Assembly (NCBI GenBank): GCA_965208675.1
Contig: OZ242351.1
Span: 3,712,001 to 3,776,000 of the forward strand
Direction: 5' to 3'
Source: Candidatus Poribacteria bacterium
GTDB lineage: Bacteria; Poribacteria; WGA-4E; PCPOR2b
DNA length: 64,000 nt
Under the pieces are notes generated by a model. The model saw only the letters and a list, made by a program, of their open reading frames with translations, made no database searches and was not told the origin of the DNA. Both the position numbers and the translations under genes were made by a program. Position 1 is the stretch's first letter; each line of letters begins with the position of its first letter. Of this stretch, positions 50,527-61,561 are shown one piece after another.

Positions 50527-50583
50527 CGATAGAAAATTTAGAGGGCAAGATACTAACTTGCCATTCCGTATTGAGATAACGCA

Positions 50584-51051
50584 ATGCTGACAGAAGAAGA
50601 ACGGCGAGAAATCGAGGAAGAGTTTGCGCATTTTGATTATAAGCAGGCGGTAAGTGTTGATGCATTGAAGATTGTCCAAAAACATCGGGGCTGGGTGTCG
50701 GATGAAAGCATCAAGGACATCGCTGAACTTTTGGAGATGTCCCCGGCAGAGTTGGACGGCGTTGCTACATTCTACAATTTGATTTACCGCAAGCCGGTCG
50801 GAAAGCATGTGATTCTGCTCTGCGATAGCGTGAGTTGTTGGGTCATGGGGTGCGATCGGATGCGTGCGCATTTCACAAAACGCCTCGGCATTGATTTCGG
50901 AGAGACGAGTGAGGACAATGAGTTTACGCTGTTGCCGATGCAGTGCCTCGGCACCTGCGATCATGCGCCCGCGATGATGATTGATGAAACGCTTCATAGA
51001 GATTTGGATGAAGACAAGATTGACGGAATCATTGAGCGATACAAGGGATAG
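50584..51051 (+). CDS. nuoE: NADH-quinone oxidoreductase subunit E
   Basis: VATFY, CDSVSC, CLGTC. Confidence 0.96.
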   Translation: MLTEEERREIEEEFAHFDYKQAVSVDALKIVQKHRGWVSDESIKDIAELLEMSPAELDGVATFYNLIYRKPVGKHVILLCDSVSCWVMGCDRMRAHFTKRLGIDFGETSEDNEFTLLPMQCLGTCDHAPAMMIDETLHRDLDEDKIDGIIERYKG

Positions 51052-51056
51052 TCGGC

Positions 51057-52355
51057 ATGAGCGAACCTATCAGGGAAAAACCGCTTACGAAAAACATTTC
51101 ACCCGGCGAGGCGCCGTTAGATTTAAAGCAATATGAGAGCGGCGGCGGCTATCAGGCTGTCCGCAAAGCAATGACGGAGATGGCTCCAGAGGACGTTACC
51201 GGCGTTGTCAAAGAGGCGAATTTAAGGGGCCGCGGCGGCGCGGGATTCCCGACGGGCATGAAATGGAGTTTTGTTCCTATGGGGGATAGGGCGCCTAAGC
51301 GCAAGTATCTCGTTGCCAACGCCGATGAAATGGAGCCGGGAACGTTTAAAGATAGACTTCTTTTAGAAGGCGATCCGCATCAGTTCATTGAGGGGATGAT
51401 TCTCGCGGCATATGCAATCCAAGCGGACGTTGCTTACATTTTTCTACGGTGGGCTTACAAAAAGGCGGAAGCGTTATTGGGAAAAGCAATCGCTGAAGCG
51501 TACGATGCCGGATTCCTCGGTAAAAACATCCTGGGATCGGGGTACAATCTAGAGCTTTACCTACACACAAGCGCTGGCCGCTATATCTGCGGCGAGGAGA
51601 CTGCGCTCATGAATGCATTGGAGGGCAAGCGGCCGATTCCCCGTACCAAACCGCCCTTTCCACAGACCAGCGGATTGTGGGGCAAGCCGACGATTGTACA
51701 AAATGTAGAGACACTCTGCAACGTACCGCATATTGTTGCCAATGGTGCTGATTGGTATAAGGGTTTGAGTTTTAGCGGCAACGGCGGAACAAAACTCTTT
51801 GGTGCAAGCGGCAAAATTAAGCGGCCGGCGATTTGGGAACTTCCCCTTGGAACGCCGATGCGAGAGCTACTGGAGGAACATGCGGGTGGAATGCAGGATG
51901 GATTGAAGTTCCGCGGCGTGCTGCCCGGCGGCGCATCCACAGATTTCTTGGTCGAGGAGCACTTGGATTTGCCGATGGACTACGAACCCGTGATGGAAGC
52001 GGGAAGCCGTTTAGGGACGGGTACCATGGTTATTCTGGACGATAAGACGTGCCCAGTGGGTATGATTCGCAACCTTGAACTCTTCTTCACGCGTGAATCT
52101 TGCGGTTTTTGCACGCCGTGCCGCGACGGCATTCCTTGGACGCATCGTCTATTGGATGCCATCGAATCAGGGGACGGTAAGCCTGAAGATATTGATAACC
52201 TCGAGTTCATAATTAATACAATTACTCGAATGCTTGGGCGCACGTTTTGCGCTTTTGCGCCGGGCGCCGTGGAGCCTTTACAGAGCGGGTTGAAGTATTT
52301 CCGGGATGATTTTGAGCAGCATATCAGGGAGAAACGATGCCCGTATGCGTCGTAG
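51057..52355 (+). CDS. nuoF: NADH-quinone oxidoreductase subunit F
   Basis: GRGGAGFPTG, NADEMEPG, YICGEETA, CGFCTPCR. Confidence 0.97.
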   Translation: MSEPIREKPLTKNISPGEAPLDLKQYESGGGYQAVRKAMTEMAPEDVTGVVKEANLRGRGGAGFPTGMKWSFVPMGDRAPKRKYLVANADEMEPGTFKDRLLLEGDPHQFIEGMILAAYAIQADVAYIFLRWAYKKAEALLGKAIAEAYDAGFLGKNILGSGYNLELYLHTSAGRYICGEETALMNALEGKRPIPRTKPPFPQTSGLWGKPTIVQNVETLCNVPHIVANGADWYKGLSFSGNGGTKLFGASGKIKRPAIWELPLGTPMRELLEEHAGGMQDGLKFRGVLPGGASTDFLVEEHLDLPMDYEPVMEAGSRLGTGTMVILDDKTCPVGMIRNLELFFTRESCGFCTPCRDGIPWTHRLLDAIESGDGKPEDIDNLEFIINTITRMLGRTFCAFAPGAVEPLQSGLKYFRDDFEQHIREKRCPYAS

Positions 52356-52462
52356 TGACTAACACGTGATTCGCATAAAATTTTAACAGGACTTACGCAA
52401 ATTGAGCAGGAAAAGGAAATATTGGACTTAAATTGTGGTTATTTCAGTGTTTTAAACTCCCT

Positions 52463-52515
52463 AAGACTATCGCACTCACTATTCGTTCGCTTGATCCCTT
52501 ATCAGGGGGGCTTTT
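52463..52515 (+). repeat. Tag fused to a half CCCC/GGGG hairpin inside the nuo operon
   Basis: AAGACTATCGCACTCACTATTCGTTCGCTTGATC|CCTTATCAGGGGGGCTTTT. Confidence 0.8.
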
Positions 52516-52547
52516 GAACTAATTTAACAAAGATTGAAGAATCGATA

Positions 52548-55277
52548 ATGGCGACGATTTATATTGACAATAAACCTTATGATGTTGCCGATGACCAGAA
52601 CTTGCTGCAGGCGGTGCTTTCATTAGGGTTGAATCTTCCTTATTTTTGCTGGCATCCTGCATTGGGTTCGGTTGGCGCGTGCCGCCAGTGCGCCATAAAG
52701 CAGTTTCGTGATGAAGAGGATTCGCGCGGCAAGATAGTCATGGCTTGTATGACGCCGGTGAATTCCAAAAGCCTCATTCCTCCGCTCAATGAGACACGTA
52801 TTTCCGTTGATGATGAAGAGGCGGAACATTTTCGAGAGAGCGTCATCGAATGGCTGATGGTCAATCACCCGCACGATTGTCCGGTGTGCGATGAGGGCGG
52901 AAGTTGCCATCTTCAGGATATGACGGTGATGACGGGACATAATTATCGGCGTTACCGCTTCAACAAGCGTACTCACCGGAATCAATACCTCGGCCCCTTT
53001 ATCAACCATGAGATGAATCGCTGTATCGCCTGCTACCGGTGTGTCCGTTTCTATCGGGATTACGGCGGCGGGGATGACTTGTCAGTGATGGCGTCGCGCG
53101 GAGAGGTTTATTTTGGCCGCTTCGAGGACGGTGTTTTGGAAAGTGAGTTTAGCGGCAACTTGGTTGAGGTGTGCCCCACCGGCGTATTTACCGACAAAAC
53201 GTACAAGGAACACTATACGCGGAAATGGGACCTTCAGACTGCACCATCTATCTGTGTACATTGCAGCCTTGGCTGCAACACCATACCCGGCGAGCGTTAC
53301 GGCGAAATCCGGACGATTCTTAGCCGATACAACGGGGATGTCAACGGTTATTTTTTGTGTGACCGCGGGCGTTTCGGTTACGGTTTTGTGAATAGCGGCC
53401 AGCGCATCCGCCAACCCCTGATTCGCAACGATGCAGGCGGCTTGGAATCGAGCACACCGGAGGCTGTAGGCGATAAGCTCGCGAGCTTTCTGTCGAATGG
53501 AGCGAAGATGATTGGGATTGGATCGCCGCGTGCATCGCTGGAAGCTAATTTTGCATTGCGAACGCTGGTGGGCGCGGATCGATTCTACAACGGCATGTCC
53601 GCGGACGATTCCCGGCTGGTGGCAAGGGCAATCCGAATTCTTCAAGAGGGACCTGCGCGTACACCCACGCTTCGGGAAGTAGAATCTGCGGATGCCGTGT
53701 TTGTGCTCGGTGAAGATTTGACGAACACAGCACCACGGCTGGATTTGGCGGTTAAACAATCGGTGCGCCGGAAACCTATTGAGCGTGCGGCTATGCTTAG
53801 AATTCCAGAGTGGGACGATGCATCGGTGCGCGAACTTGTTCAAGATGAAAAAGGTCCGTTTTTCATTGCTACGCCAAACCCGACAAAACTAGACAATATT
53901 GCCACCCAGACTTACCGTGCAACTCCCGACGATTTGGCGCGTTTGGGGTTTGCGGTCGCTCATGCACTTGACCCTGCTGCACCGTCCGTTACGGACTTAC
54001 CTGACGAAGTCGCTCAACTCGCCGATAGCATCGCACAAGCGCTCAAGGAATCAACACGCCCACTGGTTATCTCGGGCACCAGCTGTGCAAGCGAAGCGGT
54101 CATGCAAGCCGCAGCGAATGTAGCGTGGGCGTTGTGCCAAGACGAGTGTGCCGGAGAGGTCTATTTTGTTGTACCCGAATGTAATAGTGCCGGTGTAAGA
54201 CTCATGGCGGAGCGCGGTGTCGATGCCGCAATTGAGGCTGTGCAGGCGAACCAGGCAGATACTGTCATTGTCTTGGAAAACGACCTCTACCGACGAGCGG
54301 CAGGTACATCAGTTGATACACTCCTTGATACCGCCGAGCATGTCATCGCGATCGACCATCAAACGCACCGAACGACTGAAAAGGCCGAAGCGGTGCTTCC
54401 CGCGGGGACTTTCGCGGAGTCGGATGGGACGTTCGTAAGCAGCGAGGGACGCGCACAGCGTTTTTATCAAGTGTTTGTTTCTAACGGAGACGAAAAGGAG
54501 AGTTGGCGGTGGCTGCAGGAATTGATGGGAGCCGCCGGTCAACTTGAAGCGCCAGCGTGGGAAAATCTGGATGACATCACCGCCGGGCTGGCACAAGCCT
54601 ACCCGATTTTTGAAGCCATTCCAGAAATTGCCCCGCCTGCAGGATTTCGGGTTGTAGGCCAGAAGATACCGCGCCAGTCCCCCCGGCACAGTGGGCGGAC
54701 ATCCGTACTGGCAGACGTGAATGTCAGCGAACCCAAACCGCCGGCGGATTCGGATTCACCGTTTTCCTTCTCAATGGAAGGTTACACGGGTGCACCGCCT
54801 TCTGCGCTAATCTCACGCTTCTGGTCGCCGGGCTGGAATTCGCCTCAAGCGATAAACAAATTCCAGATTGAGGTGGGCGGCCACTTGCATGGCGGCGACC
54901 CCGGGCGGCGTCTCATCGAACCTTCGAATGATGCGAAGCCCGATTACTTCAAAGATGTTCCTGCCTCGTTTAAACCGCGCGGCGGGGAATTGTTAATTAT
55001 GCCGCTTTACCACATTTTCGGATCCGATGAGTTGAGCATCCTCTCCCCCGCCGTCGCCGAGCGGTCACCGCAACCTTATCTGGCGCTTAACCCAAATGCT
55101 GCTGCTAGCCTTCAGGTACGTGATGGGGAAGTTGTTGAAATCACCTTGGGCGGCGTTGTCCAACGTTTACCTGCCAAGATATCACCGGAGTTGCCCGAAG
55201 GCACTGCCGGGTTGCCTGTCGGTTTATATGGGCTATGCGGGGTTACCCTGCCAGCGTGGAGCCGCGTTAAGAAATAA
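52548..55277 (+). CDS. nuoG: NADH-quinone oxidoreductase subunit G
   Basis: FCWH..GACRQC, HPHDCPVCDEGG.C, CIACYRC, and the N7 motif CVHCSLGC...C. Confidence 0.97.
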   Translation: MATIYIDNKPYDVADDQNLLQAVLSLGLNLPYFCWHPALGSVGACRQCAIKQFRDEEDSRGKIVMACMTPVNSKSLIPPLNETRISVDDEEAEHFRESVIEWLMVNHPHDCPVCDEGGSCHLQDMTVMTGHNYRRYRFNKRTHRNQYLGPFINHEMNRCIACYRCVRFYRDYGGGDDLSVMASRGEVYFGRFEDGVLESEFSGNLVEVCPTGVFTDKTYKEHYTRKWDLQTAPSICVHCSLGCNTIPGERYGEIRTILSRYNGDVNGYFLCDRGRFGYGFVNSGQRIRQPLIRNDAGGLESSTPEAVGDKLASFLSNGAKMIGIGSPRASLEANFALRTLVGADRFYNGMSADDSRLVARAIRILQEGPARTPTLREVESADAVFVLGEDLTNTAPRLDLAVKQSVRRKPIERAAMLRIPEWDDASVRELVQDEKGPFFIATPNPTKLDNIATQTYRATPDDLARLGFAVAHALDPAAPSVTDLPDEVAQLADSIAQALKESTRPLVISGTSCASEAVMQAAANVAWALCQDECAGEVYFVVPECNSAGVRLMAERGVDAAIEAVQANQADTVIVLENDLYRRAAGTSVDTLLDTAEHVIAIDHQTHRTTEKAEAVLPAGTFAESDGTFVSSEGRAQRFYQVFVSNGDEKESWRWLQELMGAAGQLEAPAWENLDDITAGLAQAYPIFEAIPEIAPPAGFRVVGQKIPRQSPRHSGRTSVLADVNVSEPKPPADSDSPFSFSMEGYTGAPPSALISRFWSPGWNSPQAINKFQIEVGGHLHGGDPGRRLIEPSNDAKPDYFKDVPASFKPRGGELLIMPLYHIFGSDELSILSPAVAERSPQPYLALNPNAAASLQVRDGEVVEITLGGVVQRLPAKISPELPEGTAGLPVGLYGLCGVTLPAWSRVKK

Positions 55278-55372
55278 AATTCACGATTTGAGCATCTTCA
55301 GAGGACGATAAGCGTTCATCATTTTTCAAAAACTTCCACAATCTCTTGTAGTTCTATTCTTCTATAGATGAA

Positions 55373-56338
55373 GTGCACGATATGATGCAAAGTGTTCATC
55401 CGCTCATTATCACACTTGGTGTTCTATTTGTTGTGGTGAACACTGCTGCGCTGCTTATCTGGTTAGAGCGGCGGCTGCTGGCGCTTTGGCAGGATCGGTA
55501 CGGGCCCAACCGCGTCGGACCATTCGGGCTTTTACAGGTTCTTGCGGATATGATTAAGATTTTCACGAAAGAAGATTGGGTGCCGCCGTTTGCCGATAAA
55601 CCGGTGTTTATCTTGGCGCCGGCAGTGATTGTTATAGCAGTCCTGATGTCCTTCGCTGTAATCCCATTTTCACCCGGTATCTGGGTTGTGGATCTCAATA
55701 TCGGTCTGCTGTTTTTCTTAGCGATGTCGTCAATGGGCGTTTACAGCGTGGTGTTGGCTGGTTGGGCTTCGAATAACAAATACTCCCTCCTCGGAGGTAT
55801 GCGGGCAGCGGCGCAGATGTTGAGTTACGAAGTCTTTATGGGTCTGTCGCTCATGGGCGTGGTGATGATGGCGGGTTCGTTTAATCTGCGCGAGATTGTA
55901 GAAGCGCAAAAGGGAATGTGGTTTTTCATTCCGCAGATTTTTGGACTTGTGGCCTTCATGGTTGCCGGCATTGCCGAGACGCACCGATTGCCGTTCGACT
56001 TGCCGGAGGCAGAGAGCGAATTAGTCGCGGGGTATCACTCCGAATATTCCGGGATGAAGTTTGGCATGTTTTTCGTCGGAGAGTACCTTGGCGTCACGCT
56101 CATTTCAGCGTTTATAACCACGCTATTCTTCGGGGGGTGGCTGGGGCCTAGCTTCCTCCCTCCGATTGTCTGGTTCATTCTTAAAACATTCGTCTTCATC
56201 TGTTTTTTCATATTGCTCCGCGCCTCTCTTCCACGTCCGCGCTACGATCAACTTATGGCGTACGGGTGGAAAGTGATGCTGCCACTGGCATTGGCGAATC
56301 TGATAGTCACCGGCGGGATTATTCTTGCAATTGGCTAG
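55373..56338 (+). CDS. nuoH: NADH-quinone oxidoreductase subunit H
   Basis: ERR...[28 protein letters not shown]. Confidence 0.97.
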   Translation: MHDMMQSVHPLIITLGVLFVVVNTAALLIWLERRLLALWQDRYGPNRVGPFGLLQVLADMIKIFTKEDWVPPFADKPVFILAPAVIVIAVLMSFAVIPFSPGIWVVDLNIGLLFFLAMSSMGVYSVVLAGWASNNKYSLLGGMRAAAQMLSYEVFMGLSLMGVVMMAGSFNLREIVEAQKGMWFFIPQIFGLVAFMVAGIAETHRLPFDLPEAESELVAGYHSEYSGMKFGMFFVGEYLGVTLISAFITTLFFGGWLGPSFLPPIVWFILKTFVFICFFILLRASLPRPRYDQLMAYGWKVMLPLALANLIVTGGIILAIG

Positions 56339-56473
56339 AATATTTGGGCGGCAAGGATTTCAAGTTCTCAACTTGGGGTCGACTTGACAAATTTTACGGG
56401 AACGAACCGAGAATTAGGTGTAACAATTGAGGTTACACATCATGTTTAAGGTGATGTGTAGTGGGGAATTATC

Positions 56474-56989
56474 ATGATTAGCTTGCTTAGGAGTATTTGG
56501 CTTGTCTTCTTACACATGTTTCGGAAACGGGTAACAATTCAGTACCCTGATGAAAAACCGAATTTGCCGCCTCGGTGGAGAGGCCGTATTGTCCTTACGC
56601 AAGACCCTGACGGCGAGGAACGTTGTGTTGCCTGCTATCTCTGCGCAGTGGCGTGTCCTGTTGACTGCATTGCTCTTCAAGCGACGGAGGATGATAATGG
56701 CAGGCGTTATCCCGATTTTTTTCGTATTAACTTCTCGCGTTGTATTTTCTGTGGCTTCTGCGAAGATGCATGTCCTACCTATGCTATACAACTCACTCCT
56801 GATTTTGAGATGGCTGAATACAATCGGCAGAGCTTGGTTTACGAGAAGGAAGATTTGTTAATCAATGGTCCCGGCAAGTATCCCGATTACAACTTCTATC
56901 GGTTCGCCGGTATGTCGATTGGCGGGAAAGATAAGGGTGAAGCGGAGAACGAAGACCCGCCCGTGGATGTGCATAGTCTCATGCCATAG
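56474..56989 (+). CDS. nuoI: NADH-quinone oxidoreductase subunit I
   Basis: Two CxxCxxCxxxCP motifs. Confidence 0.97.
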   Translation: MISLLRSIWLVFLHMFRKRVTIQYPDEKPNLPPRWRGRIVLTQDPDGEERCVACYLCAVACPVDCIALQATEDDNGRRYPDFFRINFSRCIFCGFCEDACPTYAIQLTPDFEMAEYNRQSLVYEKEDLLINGPGKYPDYNFYRFAGMSIGGKDKGEAENEDPPVDVHSLMP

Positions 56990-57050
56990 TGCGCGATAAC
57001 GTGACAATTTTGGTCGTTGCGTAAAGCGCGAATTAGAGAATGGAAAACAT

Positions 57051-57563
57051 ATGACCGTTGTATTCTGGATATCCGCTGCGGTTACTGTCATCTCGACTGT
57101 TATGGTCATTACGCGGCGCAATGTGGTACATGCGCTGCTTTATTTAATCGTGTCGCTGTTGGCGATGGCAGTGATTTTTTTCTCGCTGGGGGCTCCTTTT
57201 GTTGCGGCGTTGGAAGTAATCGTTTATGCCGGCGCTATAATGGTGCTCTTTATCTTCGTGGTCATGATGTTAAACTTAGGCGCACGGGCGTCCCAGCAGG
57301 AGCGTCAATGGTTAAAACCGCGGATGATGATAGGGCCTGCAATTTTGGCAGCCATCCTAATGATTGAGTTAGGGTATGCGATTTTCGCCGGCGGTGGTAC
57401 CGAACTCATATCGGGCGGACCTGTAGGTGCGAAACAGGTGGGTATGTCCCTCTTCGAAACCTATCTGTTGGGCGTTGAACTGGCGTCTATTCTGCTGCTT
57501 GCCGGACTGGTCGGCGCATATCATCTCGGTCGGCGCGATAAAAGCGAGGAGGGAGAGTCGTAA
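57051..57563 (+). CDS. nuoJ: NADH-quinone oxidoreductase subunit J
   Basis: [18 protein letters not shown]. Confidence 0.96.
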   Translation: MTVVFWISAAVTVISTVMVITRRNVVHALLYLIVSLLAMAVIFFSLGAPFVAALEVIVYAGAIMVLFIFVVMMLNLGARASQQERQWLKPRMMIGPAILAAILMIELGYAIFAGGGTELISGGPVGAKQVGMSLFETYLLGVELASILLLAGLVGAYHLGRRDKSEEGES

Positions 57564-57871
57564 TGGCGGCGGTTTCTATGGAACATGGATTAATCTTGGC
57601 GGGCGTTCTCTTTTCGTTAGGGCTGATTGGTGTCCTTGTGCGCCGAAATATTATTTTCATGCTAATGTCGATTGAGGTCATGTTAAACGCATCGGGTTTA
57701 GCGTTTGTCGTTGCTGGTTCAAGATGGGAAACGGCGGATGGGCAGGTGATGTTTATATTCATCTTGACAATGGCAGCAGCAGAAGTTGCTGTCGGTTTGG
57801 CGTTGGTTCTTCAACTGTACCGCCGATTCAAGACGCTGGATGTTGACGCAGCAAGCAAAATGCGGGGGTGA
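57563..57871 (+). CDS. nuoK: NADH-quinone oxidoreductase subunit K
   Basis: [18 protein letters not shown]. Confidence 0.96.
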   Translation: MAAVSMEHGLILAGVLFSLGLIGVLVRRNIIFMLMSIEVMLNASGLAFVVAGSRWETADGQVMFIFILTMAAAEVAVGLALVLQLYRRFKTLDVDAASKMRG

Positions 57872-57872
57872 T

Positions 57873-59780
57873 ATGCTGGAATTATTGTGGTTGATTCCTA
57901 TTTTGCCATTCATCGGTTTTCTGGTGTTGGTGTTAATCGGCGCTCGACTTTCCCGCGTCGGCGCAGCAGCTATCGGCGTGGGCTCGATAGGGATATCGGC
58001 GGTAGTATCTCTGCTGGTTGGGTTTAGCTTTATGAATTCACCGCCGCCGGGCGATGCTTTTTCACAAACGCTCTGGACCTGGATGGAGGTCGGCAGTTTT
58101 GCACCGGGGATAACCTTTCATCTGGATGCGCTCTCTCTGCTTATGACCCTCGTTGTAACGGTTGTTGGTTTCCTTATTCACCTATATTCGACCGAGTATA
58201 TGAACGGCGAGGATGGATACAGCCGGTTCTTCGCTTACATGAATCTGTTCGTCGGCTCGATGTTGACCTTGATACTCGCCGATAATCTGATACTGCTTTA
58301 TCTCGGTTGGGAGGGAGTCGGCCTTTGTAGTTACCTGCTGATTGGTTTCTGGTATAAAGACCCCGCCAATGGGCTTGCGGCTCGGAAAGCCTTCACGGTT
58401 ACCCGGGTAGGCGATACGGCGATGGCGCTCGGTCTATTTCTTCTTTTTGCCCACTTTGGAACGCTAAACTTCCACGGCGACGGTGGCATTTTGGCGATGG
58501 CAAAGTCGCAGTGGATGGAAGGTTCCGGTTTAGCTATTGCGGCGGCGGCACTGCTACTCGGCGGGGCGCTGGGCAAGTCTGGCCAACTTCCATTACAGAC
58601 GTGGCTGCCTGATGCGATGGCAGGTCCTACACCTGTGAGTGCGCTTATCCACGCAGCGACCATGGTAACCGCAGGTGTCTACCTTATCGCCCGTACGTAT
58701 GTATTATTTGAACTTGCACCACCAGTACAATTCGCCGTGGCGTTGATTGGAACGATAACGCTGTTTGTTGCAGGATGCAGCGCGCTGACGCAGCGGGATA
58801 TGAAGCGGATTTTGGCGTATTCCACCATCAGTCAAATCGGCTACATGTTCCTCGCGCTCGGGGTGGGTGCTTGGTCTGCCGCTATGTTCCACTTTATGAC
58901 ACACGCCTTTTTCAAAGCGCTCCTCTTCCTTGGCGCTGGCGTGGTGATATTGGCGCTTCATCATGAACAGGACATATTTAATATGGGGGGCTTGCGGCGT
59001 GCGCTGCCTTTAACGTCCAAGACGTTTATTGTCGGCGCCGCGGCGTTAGCCGGTTTTCCATTCATTACCGCCGGTTTCTACAGTAAGGATTTGATTCTCT
59101 GGAAGGTGTGGTCAGCGCATCAACCGTGGCTTTATATAGTGGGGCTGGGAGGGGCGCTGCTCACCGCTCTTTACTCATTCCGATTGGTATTTATCGCCTT
59201 CTTTGGCGAGGCGAAAGGCCATGTGGACAAAAAGCCGGGCGCGTGCATGAAGATTCCATTGACGATTTTGGCTGCGTTAGCAATTATCGGAGGTTTAATC
59301 GAACTACCTCATGCGTGGGGAAATTGGCAGCCGTTCTCGAAGTTCATGGAATCCGCGTTCCCATTGACTGCCTCAGTTGAGCATGGTGGACACGGCAAAG
59401 CGGCGGCGGAATTGATTCTACAGGGCATCGCTGTTGTTGTTTCAGTCGTGGGCATATCCTTGGCGTACCTGTTCTTCCTGCGCAAACGAACCTTCGTTGA
59501 GGGTGTTGCAGGCTCGTCCGTCGGCGTTGCCGTGCACCGTTTTTGGTTTGCGGGATGGGGCTTTGACTGGTTATATGACAAGGTATTCGTCCAGCCCGTG
59601 GTCTGGGCAGCGCGCATCAACAAGAATGACATCATTGATTTTATCTATCGTTTATTCGCGGGAATTATACAGATTTTCCACTTTATTTTTTGCCTCACGC
59701 AAACCGGGCGTGTACGATGGTATGCGGTTGGAATCGCGTTTGGCGCCGTCGTCATTGTGGCAATGGTTGTGTTGTCTTAA
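57873..59780 (+). CDS. nuoL: NADH-quinone oxidoreductase subunit L
   Basis: WEGVGLCSYLLIGFW, WLPDAMAGPTPVSALIHAATMV; start ATG 57873 immediately after nuoK. Confidence 0.97.
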   Translation: MLELLWLIPILPFIGFLVLVLIGARLSRVGAAAIGVGSIGISAVVSLLVGFSFMNSPPPGDAFSQTLWTWMEVGSFAPGITFHLDALSLLMTLVVTVVGFLIHLYSTEYMNGEDGYSRFFAYMNLFVGSMLTLILADNLILLYLGWEGVGLCSYLLIGFWYKDPANGLAARKAFTVTRVGDTAMALGLFLLFAHFGTLNFHGDGGILAMAKSQWMEGSGLAIAAAALLLGGALGKSGQLPLQTWLPDAMAGPTPVSALIHAATMVTAGVYLIARTYVLFELAPPVQFAVALIGTITLFVAGCSALTQRDMKRILAYSTISQIGYMFLALGVGAWSAAMFHFMTHAFFKALLFLGAGVVILALHHEQDIFNMGGLRRALPLTSKTFIVGAAALAGFPFITAGFYSKDLILWKVWSAHQPWLYIVGLGGALLTALYSFRLVFIAFFGEAKGHVDKKPGACMKIPLTILAALAIIGGLIELPHAWGNWQPFSKFMESAFPLTASVEHGGHGKAAAELILQGIAVVVSVVGISLAYLFFLRKRTFVEGVAGSSVGVAVHRFWFAGWGFDWLYDKVFVQPVVWAARINKNDIIDFIYRLFAGIIQIFHFIFCLTQTGRVRWYAVGIAFGAVVIVAMVVLS

Positions 59781-59915
59781 ATGCGCGTGGATGGTATGCG
59801 GATGAGGTAACGTAGGTTACGTTGATAGATTTGATCAGCCAACTACCTAGCATGTCTTTTATTCGGTGTTTCCCCTATTGAACCAATCTGTTGGATTCGT
59901 AATTAGCGATTACTT

Positions 59916-61514
59916 ATGATATTAACGTGGCTCATTGTCATTCCACTTATCGGCGGCGTTCTGGCGTGGATTTTGGCTCGCCAAAATTCTTCATTGCCAC
60001 GCTGGATTTGCCTGCTTGCTCTAGCAATAGACCTGGTGTTAGTTTTGGGTCTTTGGGTGCAGCATTCTGACCATGTTGCGTTATCAGGCGGTTCGGAGTG
60101 GTTGGTTGAATTAGATGTGCCGTGGATTCCCATTCACAATGGCACAATCCACTTCCATCTCGGTATGGACGGTCTGAGCCTTGTGATGATTGCGCTCACC
60201 GTTTTCTTGGGTATTGTGAGTGTGGGCGCCTCGTGGACCGAGATTAAGGAGCGCGTTGGCTTTTTCCACTTTAACCTGATGTGGATAGTGTCGGGGATTA
60301 TGGGCGTGTTCCTCGCGCTGGATCTCGTGCTCTTCTATTTCTTCTGGGAAATGATGTTGATACCGATGTATTTCTTGATTGGTATCTGGGGACACGAGAA
60401 CCGCATCTACGCAGCAGTCAAATTCTTCATTTTTACGCAGGCGAGCGGCTTATTTATGCTGTTGGCGATTGTGGGATTGTATTTCATTCACGGGAGCGCC
60501 AGCGGCACCTATACGTTTGATTATACAAAGTTGCTTGACAACTCGATATCAGCGTCTACAGCGAAGTGGTTGATGCTGGGTTTCCTCATCGCTTTCGTTG
60601 TGAAATTACCCGCCTTTCCGGTACATAGTTGGCTGCCTGATGCGCATACCGAAGCACCCACTGCCGGCAGCGTTGTACTCGCGGGGCTTCTGTTAAAGAC
60701 CGGCGCCTATGGACTGCTGCGCTTTGTGGTGCCGTTGTTTCCTGAAGCTGCCCGTGACTTTGCTCCTATAGCGATGCTGTTGGGTGTGATTGGCATTTTG
60801 TACGGCGCTATCCTCGCTTTTGCACAAACTGACCTGAAGCGGCTTGTGGCGTACACGAGCGTGAGCCATATGGGATTTGTACTTTTGGGTGTCTTCGCCT
60901 GGAATGAATTGGCGCTACAAGGTGTCGTAATACAGATGATTTGCCACGGCATCAGTACCGGCGCACTCTTTATTCTCGTTGGGGCGTTATACGAGCGGAT
61001 TCATACTCGCGACTTGAATCGTATGGGCGGGCTTTGGGCAGCAGTCCCGCGTATGAGTGCGGTGGGGATGGTCTTCGCCATGGCGTCGCTTGGGTTACCC
61101 GGATTAGGCAATTTTGTCGGTGAGTTCTTGGTGTTGATGGGAGCTTTCCAAGTCAACATTGCGATGACCGCGCTGGCAGCGGTCGGCCTTGTCTTTGCTA
61201 CGGTATATTCGCTGTGGATAATGCAGCGTGCTTTCCACGGCCCCATTCAGGAAGATTTGAAACTGCCGGATCTTTCTGCCCGCGATATGGCGATGATGTT
61301 GGCTTTAATCGTTGCAATCGTTTGGTTGGGGCTTTATCCCCAGCCGGTACTCAACACAACTAAACCTGCACTTGAAGACCTTCAGGAAAGAACATCTCAA
61401 AGCAGCACATTACTGCCAAACCGTGAGATGCATGGTATGAGGTTGGAAAAATCACTTCAGGAATCAATCCGTTTATCGAAATTCAGTGCAAGTTCTACGA
61501 TCATCACCACCTGA
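59916..61514 (+). CDS. nuoM: NADH-quinone oxidoreductase subunit M
   Basis: FFWEMML, WLPDAHTEAPT, AYTSVSHMG. Confidence 0.97.
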   Translation: MILTWLIVIPLIGGVLAWILARQNSSLPRWICLLALAIDLVLVLGLWVQHSDHVALSGGSEWLVELDVPWIPIHNGTIHFHLGMDGLSLVMIALTVFLGIVSVGASWTEIKERVGFFHFNLMWIVSGIMGVFLALDLVLFYFFWEMMLIPMYFLIGIWGHENRIYAAVKFFIFTQASGLFMLLAIVGLYFIHGSASGTYTFDYTKLLDNSISASTAKWLMLGFLIAFVVKLPAFPVHSWLPDAHTEAPTAGSVVLAGLLLKTGAYGLLRFVVPLFPEAARDFAPIAMLLGVIGILYGAILAFAQTDLKRLVAYTSVSHMGFVLLGVFAWNELALQGVVIQMICHGISTGALFILVGALYERIHTRDLNRMGGLWAAVPRMSAVGMVFAMASLGLPGLGNFVGEFLVLMGAFQVNIAMTALAAVGLVFATVYSLWIMQRAFHGPIQEDLKLPDLSARDMAMMLALIVAIVWLGLYPQPVLNTTKPALEDLQERTSQSSTLLPNREMHGMRLEKSLQESIRLSKFSASSTIITT

Positions 61515-61561
61515 ATCCCGTACCCTGTGAATTCACCTTATTTGGCTGAAAAAGGTAATTC

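Noticed and set aside
59811-59850. Possible further tag (TTGATC near GTAGG) between nuoL and nuoM
   Set aside because: Only the 6-nt end matches; too degenerate to count.
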